Positions 10,101 to 18,487 of a DNA stretch of 43,388 nt are shown piece after piece. The notes below the pieces were generated by a model, which worked only from the letters and a program-made list of their open reading frames with translations, was not told where the DNA came from and searched no databases. The translations under genes were made by a program, and so were the position numbers. Source of the DNA: a virus (lineage: Duplodnaviria; Heunggongvirae; Uroviricota; Caudoviricetes); the IMG/VR virus record IMGVR_UViG_2698536418_000010. One strand, 5' to 3'. The stretch's first letter is position 1, and the number at the start of each line of letters is the position of its first letter.

Positions 10101-10862
10101 ATGGAGACTGTTTTTGACGCACTGAAAGCAATGGGAAAAGCCACATCCATAGAACTTGCTGCGCGACTTGATATCAGTCGTGAAGAAGTGCTGAACGAAC
10201 TATGGGAACTGAAAAAGGCTGGTTTTGTTGATAAAAGCGCGTACACCTGGCGTGTGGCTGATAACAACGTTCAGCAGGAACAGCCAGCGCAGGCAGAACT
10301 GCCGGAAGAAACCACCACAGCAACAGTAGCGAAAATCTCAGAGTGCGATTTAACCGCAACGATTGAACAACGCGGACCACAAACGGCTGATGAGCTGGCT
10401 ACATTGTTTGGTACCACATCACGCCAAGTGGCTTCAACGCTGGCAATGGCAATCAGCAAAGGTCGTCTGATTCGCGTAAATCAGGGCGGTAAATTTCGTT
10501 ACTGCATACCGGGCGATAATTTACCAGCAGAGCCGAAAGCAGCATCGGTAGCGGAAACTGATGGTAAACCCCTTCCTCAGCCAGCAGGTGTTGCGTTACC
10601 AGTACAGGAAGCTGCTACACAGGAAGATATTAAAACAGAAACTGTAGCGGACATTGTGAAGTCGTTGCCATCGTTCACTGAAACGCAAGCGGATAATCTG
10701 TTTTTACCATCGCTGCATATGGCAAATCGCGAACTGCGTCGGGCGAAAAATCATGTCCAGAAGTGGGAGCGTGTCTGCGCCGCGCTGCGGGAGCTGAACA
10801 AACACCGGGATATTGTCCGACAGATTGTCGATTCATCCGGTCGTATTGTGTCGGAAAAGTGA
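10101..10862 (+). CDS. Hypothetical prophage protein (YdaW/DUF1627-like)
   Basis: ATG at 10101 preceded by GGGAGGAAG; 253 aa. Confidence 0.65.
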   Translation: METVFDALKAMGKATSIELAARLDISREEVLNELWELKKAGFVDKSAYTWRVADNNVQQEQPAQAELPEETTTATVAKISECDLTATIEQRGPQTADELATLFGTTSRQVASTLAMAISKGRLIRVNQGGKFRYCIPGDNLPAEPKAASVAETDGKPLPQPAGVALPVQEAATQEDIKTETVADIVKSLPSFTETQADNLFLPSLHMANRELRRAKNHVQKWERVCAALRELNKHRDIVRQIVDSSGRIVSEK

Positions 10863-10877
10863 TTGTCGGAGGCGCTT

Positions 10878-11300
10878 ATGGCAAAAGTATTTACACAAGA
10901 AGAGCGGGAAAAAATTAAGGGGCAGGTTGTTGAACTCGTGCGCCAGAGCGGACGCGAGACGTTACGGCAACTGGAAGCCAAGACAGGTGCGACAAGATAT
11001 CTGATGAGTGCTCTTGCCAGAGAGCTGGTTGCCAGTGGCGATGTATACAACTCTGGTTACGGGTTATTCCCGTCTGAACAGGCGCGTAAGGACTGGCAAA
11101 ACGCCCGCAAAAAACTCTCAAGGGCAAATCTGAAGAAACCATCTGTGGTTGATCCTGACCTTATCTGGCCATTACCAGACGGAGAAATACGCCGCTACGA
11201 CAGGCGTCAAAACATAATCTGTAGCGAGTGCCGGAAGAGCGAAGCTATGCAGCGTGTACTGGCTTTCTATCAGGGTAATTTTCAGAAGGTGCTGTTGTGA
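10878..11300 (+). CDS. Hypothetical protein with C-terminal Cys pair
   Basis: ATG at 10878 with GGAGG RBS; track ORF uses an upstream TTG. Confidence 0.65.
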   Translation: MAKVFTQEEREKIKGQVVELVRQSGRETLRQLEAKTGATRYLMSALARELVASGDVYNSGYGLFPSEQARKDWQNARKKLSRANLKKPSVVDPDLIWPLPDGEIRRYDRRQNIICSECRKSEAMQRVLAFYQGNFQKVLL

Positions 11301-11347
11301 GCCAAATTAACAATCGGAACTTCGTGAAGAGAAAGCATAATCCAAAT

Positions 11348-11398
11348 CTGAATAATTAAGTTCAGCACTGTAAATAAAATTTAATCCTTAACTGGAGG
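11348..11398 (+). repeat. Module-boundary repeat copy 1 (ctgaataattaa…tttaatccttaacNggagg)
   Basis: About 50-bp near-identical direct repeat of 12615-12663. Confidence 0.6.
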
Positions 11399-11405
11399 TA
11401 TATCT

Positions 11406-11618
11406 ATGTCAAATACACAGAAAATTATTAACACTGAAAAATATAACGAGTGGGTGAAAAAATTCTCTGAGCAGATTTTTAAAATTACTGGCGACGAGAA
11501 TGTGGCAAAAAATGAATTGGAACCGTGGACACCTGAAGGAAACGCACCAAATTATTGCTGGTGGGAGGTTGATCCGGTTGATGCTGCAAATGAAGCCATG
11601 AGTTACCACAACGATTAA
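11406..11618 (+). CDS. Small hypothetical protein (70 aa)
   Basis: GGAGG RBS inside the repeat, ATG at 11406. Confidence 0.55.
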   Translation: MSNTQKIINTEKYNEWVKKFSEQIFKITGDENVAKNELEPWTPEGNAPNYCWWEVDPVDAANEAMSYHND

Positions 11619-11628
11619 TGTCGGGAGG

Positions 11629-11644
11629 CCGCCCGAAAGGGCGG
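11629..11644. repeat. GC hairpin ccgccc-gaaa-gggcgg (copy 1)
   Basis: Perfect stem-loop, repeated at 12692-12709; no U-run. Confidence 0.6.
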
Positions 11645-11650
11645 TAAGAA

Positions 11651-11869
11651 ATGACTACATTATTCAGAAAAGAATATCCGCAAAAAAGTAGGGCGACAGA
11701 ATTTTTGTTTCTCATTCTGTTTATCGTATTGATGATACCGATATCCCCTCTAATTTTTGTCTGGGCAATCGGGAAAATAATTGAGCCAGTTACTGAATTG
11801 TATAACGACGTGGTATGGGCGTCATTCAACACACTGCACAATAAAATTAATCCGTATAAGGAAAACTGA
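11651..11869 (+). CDS. Small membrane protein (72 aa)
   Basis: Hydrophobic core FLFLILFIVLMIPISPLIFVWAIG. Confidence 0.5.
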   Translation: MTTLFRKEYPQKSRATEFLFLILFIVLMIPISPLIFVWAIGKIIEPVTELYNDVVWASFNTLHNKINPYKEN

Positions 11870-11870
11870 T

Positions 11871-12134
11871 ATGGCAACTTTGACAAAAAAAGAACGGGCA
11901 TGGTTGAACGAATTACAGGAAGTTCTTGATCGCTGTCCATCACCGAAAAAAATTGGCTTTTACACCATTGGCGATAAAAGCATTTACCTGTATGACCTAC
12001 GCCGCATGGATGAAATCATGGAGGCTCTTGATAATCGTTCGTCGATGGATTGGTGTGTTGCTGTTCATGATATGAATGCAGGGTTTGATGAAAAGATTTT
12101 GTTCCCCTCATCAGTTGAAAGCACTGCGGGTTAA
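11871..12134 (+). CDS. Hypothetical protein (87 aa)
   Basis: AAGGA RBS, ATG at 11871 right after previous stop. Confidence 0.6.
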   Translation: MATLTKKERAWLNELQEVLDRCPSPKKIGFYTIGDKSIYLYDLRRMDEIMEALDNRSSMDWCVAVHDMNAGFDEKILFPSSVESTAG

Positions 12135-12144
12135 GGAGTAACAC

Positions 12145-12288
12145 ATGACCACTATTACCAAAGAACGTATTGAATTGTTCATTAAATTTTCAGGAGGCGG
12201 TACTGTGAGTGAAATTAGCTATCAGGCTTCAATTACCGCTGGCATTCGCATCAAAGGAGAGGAGCATGGAAATAAAACCAGAGGATGA
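12145..12288 (+). CDS. Possible small protein (47 aa)
   Basis: Strong AAGGAG RBS 7 nt upstream of ATG 12145; overlaps next gene; hand-translated. Confidence 0.35.
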   Translation: MTTITKERIELFIKFSGGGTVSEISYQASITAGIRIKGEEHGNKTRG

Positions 12289-12622
12289 GTTAAGCAATAT
12301 CGTTTTATTTCCGGTAAAAGAGGATGACCCTCGTAATCAGGTTAATTTTCTTTATGAGCCATCGGAAAGACCATATTGTCATCACGCCTCTGTCCGGGTT
12401 GACGAAAAAGAGCGTCAGGTCCGCTGTAAAATCTGCGGTGCAGTTGTGGAACCATTTGACTGGATGCTCTCTGTGGCGAAAAGAGAAACCAGACTGGCAG
12501 ATGATGTAAGGCTCTTGCGTCAGGAGGAGCGGGAAAGGCGAAAAAATATAGAAAAGCTAATTCAGATTGAGCGTAACGCGAAAGCGCGGATACGCAGGGC
12601 GACAAAATCCAGAACTGAATAA
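12266..12622 (+). CDS. Hypothetical zinc-ribbon-like protein (118 aa)
   Basis: AAGGAGAG RBS; CHH…CKIC motif. Confidence 0.6.
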   Translation: MEIKPEDELSNIVLFPVKEDDPRNQVNFLYEPSERPYCHHASVRVDEKERQVRCKICGAVVEPFDWMLSVAKRETRLADDVRLLRQEERERRKNIEKLIQIERNAKARIRRATKSRTE

Positions 12623-12663
12623 TTAAATTTAGCTCTGTTAAAAATTTAATCCTTAACCGGAGG
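12615..12663 (+). repeat. Module-boundary repeat copy 2
   Basis: Near-identical to 11348-11398; here followed by no ORF. Confidence 0.6.
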
Positions 12664-12691
12664 GATTTCTGCACCCTTAGAACATCAGGAA

Positions 12692-12709
12692 GCCGCCCGA
12701 AAGGGCGGC
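12692..12709. repeat. GC hairpin gccgccc-gaaa-gggcggc (copy 2)
   Basis: Identical core to 11629-11644. Confidence 0.6.
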
Positions 12710-12720
12710 GGTTCCATTGT

Positions 12721-13018
12721 TTAACTATCTAATATTGTGCTAAATCTTTTTATAACCATCAAGAATGTTACTACGGTAAAAAAGAAGGATGAGTATGCTA
12801 AATAACTGATTATGTAAGCAGGGGTTGCGAAATACCATTTTTTTAATTCACTTGGGGGTTCTGGGAGAAAATATATTGCAACCGAAAAAATAACTAACGC
12901 TACAGATGTTAATATGGCATAAGAAACATTGTGACATAATTGCTCATATACGGTTTTATTATTATTTAAAATTATTAGATTTGAACGTGGTTTGTTGTTT
13001 TCCTCAATGTCTGAAATT
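12721..13018 (-). CDS. Open +1-frame continuation of the membrane protein gene (adds 2 predicted TM helices); reachable by a 1-nt change in the A7 tract
   Basis: No stop in the +1 frame from 13017 to 12724; encodes …YAILTSVALVIFSVAIYFL… and …YIISYLAYSSFFFTVVTFLMVI…; no in-frame ATG/GTG/TTG start. Confidence 0.4.
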
Positions 13019-13276
13019 TTAAATACAGTTTTTTTGTTTTTGATCGTAGATCATAATAACCGCGCTCATTAATAGTGCGGTAGTAATTGCTCCAAAGTTA
13101 ACAAAAACAGATGCGATAGAGGTTTTCATTATCCCATAGGTAAAACATATGATTAATGATAATGTAAGAGGAATGATGAAGTGTATTGCGATGTCTTCGA
13201 GTAAAATATTTCCGCGTTGATCCGACATTGTTGTGTAATGTTTTTTTATTACACTCATTACGTTAATCTTGTTCAT
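13019..13276 (-). CDS. Small 2-TM membrane protein (85 aa), translationally coupled to upstream gene; candidate effector
   Basis: ATGA overlap with 310-aa ORF; two hydrophobic helices; AT-rich. Confidence 0.7.
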   Translation of the reverse strand: MNKINVMSVIKKHYTTMSDQRGNILLEDIAIHFIIPLTLSLIICFTYGIMKTSIASVFVNFGAITTALLMSAVIMIYDQKQKNCI

Positions 13277-14205
13277 ATTTTTACTCCCCCATTACCACTA
13301 TGTAACTCACTTAGTATATCATTCGCAATGATTTTAACAGTGTCATGAAGTGCTTTAAGATCGGGGATTCCTGTAGATGCGTTTATGTTTAAGTCGTTAT
13401 CATCTAATTCGGCAGAAATTCCTTTTCTTAAGATGGTGTCGTAATTAAAAATGACTGTTCTATTGCCTAATTGTAAACTAACTTTTATTGCGTCACACTT
13501 ATCTTCAATTATTTCTATTATATTTCCTAGTTTTTTGTCTTTTAAGTCTTTAAAACTACCAAATACGCCTTGATTTGCTTTTATTACCAAATCAGTTTTG
13601 ATGTTTGTTTTGTTATTTCCGAATGAATCCGTGATGTCCTTTGGTGCTTTGTAACCTTGGGCTTTTATTTGTTTTAATTCTGAATCAAGGATGTGTTGGG
13701 GAATTTTTTTGTGGCAAAGGGGATTGATTCTCGCTTCAAGTTTATATTTTGTTTTCAAGTGGTCTAGTAATGCATCAGAGAGTGTGCTGCGAGCAGAAAT
13801 ATTGTCATTAGCGTGAAATGCTATAATCCCTTCTTCTAAATTGTCTGGCAAAAATATTAAAATGTAACGCTGTTTGAGAGTTACATCGTTGATAGTTGTT
13901 GTATAACGTATTTTAGTAAGTTTATCGTCTTTTATTTCACTGCTCTCACCATATTTCCCAACCTTTACATATCCATATATTACTTGGTTTTGAGCATCAA
14001 AGGTGAGTGATGTGTGTTGTTCAAGAGAAACCTTTGTTTTCGAGAGACCAAATTCAATAGGTGTGTTTTTATAGCTATTAAAATACTCAACAAATAATTC
14101 ATATGCTGTTTTTTTATCGCTTAAACCTAGGTTGTTTAGTCTTTTGCTGGTTCGGCTGCCCTTGTGGGTTAACACACGGAATGAATAGAAGTTAACGCTG
14201 TGCAT
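13273..14205 (-). CDS. Hypothetical 310-aa soluble protein, first gene of AT-rich accessory cassette (candidate Abi/exclusion sensor)
   Basis: AAAGGA RBS before ATG at 14205; low GC relative to flanks; no nucleotide-binding motif seen. Confidence 0.8.
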   Translation of the reverse strand: MHSVNFYSFRVLTHKGSRTSKRLNNLGLSDKKTAYELFVEYFNSYKNTPIEFGLSKTKVSLEQHTSLTFDAQNQVIYGYVKVGKYGESSEIKDDKLTKIRYTTTINDVTLKQRYILIFLPDNLEEGIIAFHANDNISARSTLSDALLDHLKTKYKLEARINPLCHKKIPQHILDSELKQIKAQGYKAPKDITDSFGNNKTNIKTDLVIKANQGVFGSFKDLKDKKLGNIIEIIEDKCDAIKVSLQLGNRTVIFNYDTILRKGISAELDDNDLNINASTGIPDLKALHDTVKIIANDILSELHSGNGGVKI

Positions 14206-14529
14206 GAAAAGTCCTTTTGAACATATAGGAATATATTAGAGCATGTATGTGTGCAATGCATAAAAGGAAAAGCTACCGCAAGGCGACTCCACCCACAGAT
14301 AGCTCTTAACTGATTGTTTGTAAAAAATAATACATTAATTATCTTCTGTGTAAAGAGGGAAACAGCCTTAGGGTAAGGGACACGAGTTGGAGGAGGATTG
14401 GTGAAATTTGCGTTGAGGATAAAACGATTTGCGGGAAAAGGATAGTTAAGTAGAATAGCTGCGGGTGCTTGAGGCTGTCTGCCTCGGGCATGAACACCAA
14501 CGGCAGATAGATAAAAGCCCCACCCGACT

Positions 14530-14600
14530 ATAAATCGAAGTGAGGCCCCTATATGCTCGTCACATATAGATTGCCTCTTACGGACCGAAAGGTCAAGGAG
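14530..14600 (-). ncRNA. Expected position of Sok-like antisense RNA (approximate)
   Basis: By analogy with hok/sok loci where antisense RNA overlaps the mok/hok leader; boundaries not defined. Confidence 0.25.
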
Positions 14601-14609
14601 AAGCAGGCT

Positions 14610-14765
14610 ATGAAGCAGCAAAAGGCGATGTTAGTCGCCCTGATCGTCATCTGTTTAACCGTCATAGTGACGGCACTGGTAACGAGGAAAGACCTCTGCG
14701 AGGTACGAATCCGAACCGGCCAGACGGAGGTCGCTGTCTTCACAGCTTACGAACCTGAGGAGTAA
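14610..14765 (+). CDS. hok: Hok/Gef-family type I toxin (51 aa)
   Basis: MKQQKAMLVALIVICLTVIVTALVTRKDLCEVRIRTGQTEVAVFTAYEPEE; in-frame upstream extension from 14553 (mok-like). Confidence 0.9.
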   Translation: MKQQKAMLVALIVICLTVIVTALVTRKDLCEVRIRTGQTEVAVFTAYEPEE

Positions 14766-14772
14766 GAGACCT

Positions 14773-14794
14773 GGCGGGGGAGAAATCTCCCGCC
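14773..14794 (+). other. 3' stem-loop of hok mRNA (ggcggg…cccgcc)
   Basis: 6-bp GC stem directly after hok stop, no U-run. Confidence 0.4.
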
Positions 14795-15072
14795 ACCTCT
14801 GATGTGTCAGGCATCCTCAACGCACCCGCACTTAACCCGCTTCAGCGCTGATTTATGGGGATCCCTCAGCGTTTCGGCGGGTTTTTTGTTGCGCGCTGAA
14901 TGCGCAGGGTGAAAAATAACCATATATTTGATTATATACACAACATAAAATAAAAGTCATTGCACCTGCACATTAAATAATCAAATATACGGCGTGAAAT
15001 AAATATTTTTCAGATTAATATTTTTGTCTCTATGTAGATATAACCGTTTGTACTTATAAACCTGGAGGCATC

Positions 15073-15285
15073 GTGGAAAAAATAAAGAAACTATTTAGTA
15101 GCAAATACGCAGTCATACGTCGTGATGACCTGTCAGTTATAGTCGAAATGGATTACTTCCCTGAAACCCCAAAATCAATGATGTATCGTAATGGTCGAAA
15201 GGCAATTTTTTTACCGATGAGGGTAAGTGACATTATGGGAAATGATAAACTGCTGGATGAATTGCGAGTCAGAGCATCCTGTTAG
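15073..15285 (+). CDS. Hypothetical small protein (GTG start)
   Basis: GGAGG RBS then GTG at 15073; weak. Confidence 0.35.
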   Translation: MEKIKKLFSSKYAVIRRDDLSVIVEMDYFPETPKSMMYRNGRKAIFLPMRVSDIMGNDKLLDELRVRASC

Positions 15286-15356
15286 TATTGGCATTAATTC
15301 TGGTATACTACATAACGGGCTGAACACCCATTCTACTGCGCCAGCGGAGAACTACG

Positions 15357-15956
15357 ATGGCGCATATACAACTGGTCAAACAAACCTCTTCTGGATTACT
15401 TCTCCCGGCGACGCCGGAGAGTTGCGATTTTTTGCATCAAATCAAAATAGGTGAGTGGATACACGCGGACTTTAAGCGAGTGCGTAACTACGCGTTCCAC
15501 AAGCGTTTTTTCAAACTCCTGCAACTGGGATTCGATTACTGGACTCCGAACGGTGGGGCGATCACGCCTCGCGAACGAGAACTGGTGTCCGGTTTCGTTG
15601 ATTTCCTGTGCGAATCAGTAGGTCGGGAACATACGCCAGCCCTGAGTGATGCCGCAGAGCAATACCTTAACACCGTTGCGACTTGCAGAACCCGGGATAC
15701 GGCCTTACTCAAGTCATTTGACGCTTTTCGCGAATGGGTAACCATTCAGGCCGGATTTTACACCGAGCATATTTATCCTGATGGTAGTCGTGGGCGCAGG
15801 GCAAAATCTATCGCATTTGCGAACATGGACGAAACCGAGTTTCAGCAGGTTTATAAATCTGTACTGAATGTGCTGTGGAACTGGATCCTGTTCCGTAAAT
15901 TTTCCTCTCCGGAGGAAGTCGAAAATGTGGCCGCGCAGTTACTGGAGTTTGCGTAA
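15357..15956 (+). CDS. DUF1367-like prophage protein
   Basis: GGAGAA RBS; conserved position upstream of YbcO-like/Q. Confidence 0.75.
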   Translation: MAHIQLVKQTSSGLLLPATPESCDFLHQIKIGEWIHADFKRVRNYAFHKRFFKLLQLGFDYWTPNGGAITPRERELVSGFVDFLCESVGREHTPALSDAAEQYLNTVATCRTRDTALLKSFDAFREWVTIQAGFYTEHIYPDGSRGRRAKSIAFANMDETEFQQVYKSVLNVLWNWILFRKFSSPEEVENVAAQLLEFA

Positions 15957-16246
15957 TGGTGGATTTACGTAAAGCGGCGCGGGGGCAGATGTGCACCGTC
16001 AGAATTCCTGGCTACTGCAATCACAATCCCGAAACTTCTGTGCTGGCGCATTACAGGCTGGCGGGGACGTGCGGAACAGCGACAAAACCACACGATATGC
16101 AGGCAGCGATTGCCTGTAGCTCATGCCACGATTTAATCGACGGGCGGGTAAAAAACAGCGATTACACCAAAGAAGAATTACGCCTGATGCATGCAGAAGG
16201 TGTTTTTCGCACACAAGAAATCTGGAGAAAGGAAGGTTATTTATGA
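15956..16246 (+). CDS. YbcO-like (DUF1364) putative nuclease, Cys-rich
   Basis: CTVRIPGYCNH…CSSCHDLIDG; overlapping stop/start with neighbours. Confidence 0.8.
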   Translation: MVDLRKAARGQMCTVRIPGYCNHNPETSVLAHYRLAGTCGTATKPHDMQAAIACSSCHDLIDGRVKNSDYTKEELRLMHAEGVFRTQEIWRKEGYL

Positions 16247-16797
16247 TTTACCCAACAAATACAGGCAAAAGCGGGGAACACCTTCGTCTCACCACGCTGG
16301 AAAGTGTCTGGATTCAGGGAAAACTGCGCATGTGGGGGCGCTGGTCGTATATTGGCGGCGGTAAGACGGGAAATATGTTTAACCAGTTGCTGGCATCCAA
16401 AAAATTGACGAAAACAGCCGTCAATGAAGCCCTGCGCAGGATGAAAAAAGCGGGAATAGAGAAACCTGAGCTGGAAGCGTTTTTGCGAGAGATGATCAAT
16501 GGCAAGCAAAAGACCTGGCTGGCGCATTGTACTGATGCAGAGGCGTTATGTATTGATAGAGTCATAAGTGAGGTGCTAGCAGAGCATCCTGGATTGATTA
16601 GTGTCCTCCGGCAACGGTATGAAGGACGGGGGATGACTAAGCGCAAAATGGCTGAATTGCTAAATGATGCACACCCTGAGTGGTGTTTTCGGACGTGCTG
16701 CAGTCGGGTAGATGTATGGCTAAATCTTGCTGAATATATGCTCTATCTGCCGATGCGTGATGCATTCTCTTCCGGGTATTTAAAAACTGTCTGTTGA
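16243..16797 (+). CDS. Late-gene antiterminator Q-like
   Basis: Position after YbcO-like gene, ATG 16243 overlapping stop; Qin QuuQ-like sequence. Confidence 0.8.
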   Translation: MIYPTNTGKSGEHLRLTTLESVWIQGKLRMWGRWSYIGGGKTGNMFNQLLASKKLTKTAVNEALRRMKKAGIEKPELEAFLREMINGKQKTWLAHCTDAEALCIDRVISEVLAEHPGLISVLRQRYEGRGMTKRKMAELLNDAHPEWCFRTCCSRVDVWLNLAEYMLYLPMRDAFSSGYLKTVC

Positions 16798-16885
16798 CTC
16801 AATCTGTTATCCGGGGCTATATTCCTCACGCGCCAGCAAAATCTGGCGTCGGGATTAGGAACCCCGGATAGAGACCGCGACAGAC

Positions 16886-16908
16886 ACACGCCGCGAGCGT
16901 GTTTTTTA
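16886..16908 (+). terminator. Rho-independent terminator (acacgc-cgcga-gcgtgt + T6), candidate tR'
   Basis: Stem-loop followed by tttttt, about 90 bp after Q. Confidence 0.65.
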
Positions 16909-17070
16909 TTGTCGTATGCACGCGCACATCTGAATTATGGTGGGGCGTATGGGGGAGCTGAAAAGCTCGCCGGTTGGTTTCCCGGTAGTTCCTAACCCTG
17001 TACGTCTCACCACCCGATGATTAGGAACCTGACGGTGGTGATGGTTTAGAAACCACCAGAGGGCGTCATT

Positions 17071-17652
17071 ATGACAACTCAAATTTCTGTTGAAACTCTC
17101 TCCCCGATCACCCATAACCAGATTCCTGTTATTACCACCGAACTTTTGGCGCAGTTGTACGGTGCTGAAGTTAAGAACATTCAAAATAACTACGCCAGAA
17201 ATGCTGAGCGCTTTATTGAAGGAAAGCATTTTTTCAAAGTGGCTGGTGATGCCCTGAAAAATTTGCGGGTAGCTTTAAACTACTCACAAAATTTGCAACC
17301 ATCTTTAAGAGGGTTACAAATTTCCCCGAAAGCCCGCTCCCTCATCCTCTGGACAGAACGCGGAGCAGCCCGTCATGCCAAAATGCTCGAAACCGATCAG
17401 GCGTGGGATGTGTTCGAAAAGCTGGAAGACTGCTATTTCAGACAAAAGGATCCGTCAGCGCCAGTTTCATGCCAGAAAAGTTACGACACGCGAGTTCTCT
17501 GTTATCAGCGAGGCGGTGTCACTGTTTCCACAATTCAGTTGCGGGATGATGATATTGTTATTTCCCTTGAGTCATGGCTGGAACTGGCGAGAGCCAATGG
17601 TTGGTTTGTTGTTCGCAGAGATAAACTGGTGGAAAGGTTGATGCAGCTTTAA
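17071..17652 (+). CDS. ORF6N-domain protein (antirepressor-like)
   Basis: N-terminal ORF6N-like motif …NQIPVITTELLAQLYGAEVKNIQNNYARNAERFIEGKHFF…. Confidence 0.75.
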   Translation: MTTQISVETLSPITHNQIPVITTELLAQLYGAEVKNIQNNYARNAERFIEGKHFFKVAGDALKNLRVALNYSQNLQPSLRGLQISPKARSLILWTERGAARHAKMLETDQAWDVFEKLEDCYFRQKDPSAPVSCQKSYDTRVLCYQRGGVTVSTIQLRDDDIVISLESWLELARANGWFVVRRDKLVERLMQL

Positions 17653-17747
17653 AAAAGTTCTTGCATTTTTGCACATAAACTGCTTCAATTCCGGTACGCT
17701 TCGCAAAGCTGTATCGCGAGGCGAATCAAGCGCATGAACTTTACCAG

Positions 17748-17776
17748 AACCCGCCATTGAGCGGGTTTTGTTGTTT
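17748..17776 (+). terminator. Rho-independent terminator (acccgc-cattga-gcgggt + U-rich)
   Basis: Hairpin + tttgttgttt. Confidence 0.6.
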
Positions 17777-18000
17777 CTGACGGATAGAAAAATGAAATAG
17801 CTAAATAAAAAGAATGCATTGGATGCCATATATTGGCAACGTGACGACAGCGTTAATCTGGTCGGGCTCCCATGGCGACGTAGTGAGGGAGAGGAAGCGT
17901 AAAGCATCACTGAGTTACGGTTGGCACCCGGTTTAACGCGTAAGTAGCCTGATAAAGAGATAGTGCACCGCAGCACTAACAGCGGCAACGATTAACTGAC

Positions 18001-18025
18001 CTCGGCATTTGCCGGGGTTTTTTTA
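18001..18025 (+). terminator. Hairpin + T7 (cggc-attt-gccg)
   Basis: Short stem, ttttttt at 18018-18024. Confidence 0.45.
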
Positions 18026-18148
18026 TTTAAGGCCGCAGACAGGCCCATTTAGTGCAACGCTTTTCCCCGTTTCCGCTCCTGGAATATTCGGGGATTTTTT
18101 ATTCCCTCAATTTGCACCCGCGATATGTGCGAGGTGAGAGATGATGAA

Positions 18149-18484
18149 ATGCCTCATAACCCAAATACCTGGCCGGACTGGCTGGAGTTGTTTCAGAGCT
18201 GGTGGCGTGGAGACACACCGCTGGGTGCAGTGATTATGTCGATCGTTATGGCTGGTTTGCGCATCGCCTATTTTGGCGGTGGTGGGGGCTGGAAACGAAA
18301 AACGCTTGAGATTTTGCTCTGTGGTGCCCTGACGCTGACCTTTGCATCCGCGCTTGAGTATGTCGGATGGCCTAAATCACTTTCTGTTGCCATTGGTGGT
18401 GGGGTGGGGCTGATTGGTGTCGATGCTATTCGTGGTGCGGCAATGAGGGTCATCGGTAACAAGTTCGGTGTCCATAAGGAGTAA
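18149..18484 (+). CDS. Holin, class I-like (3 TM); alternative upstream start at 18125
   Basis: GAGGTGA RBS 8 nt before ATG 18149; three hydrophobic helices, charged C-tail; directly upstream of endolysin. Confidence 0.8.
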   Translation: MPHNPNTWPDWLELFQSWWRGDTPLGAVIMSIVMAGLRIAYFGGGGGWKRKTLEILLCGALTLTFASALEYVGWPKSLSVAIGGGVGLIGVDAIRGAAMRVIGNKFGVHKE

Positions 18485-18487
18485 TTA

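Noticed and set aside
14169-14743. Minus-strand ORFs 14169-14621 and 14549-14743
   Set aside because: They overlap the hok leader and coding region on the opposite strand; the plus-strand hok/mok interpretation is well supported and these have no RBS.
16798-17070. Possible tRNA genes downstream of Q, as in some Stx phages
   Set aside because: No cloverleaf-compatible sequence or conserved tRNA 5'/3' motifs seen by eye; only a terminator hairpin and a small palindrome. A tRNA scanner would be decisive.
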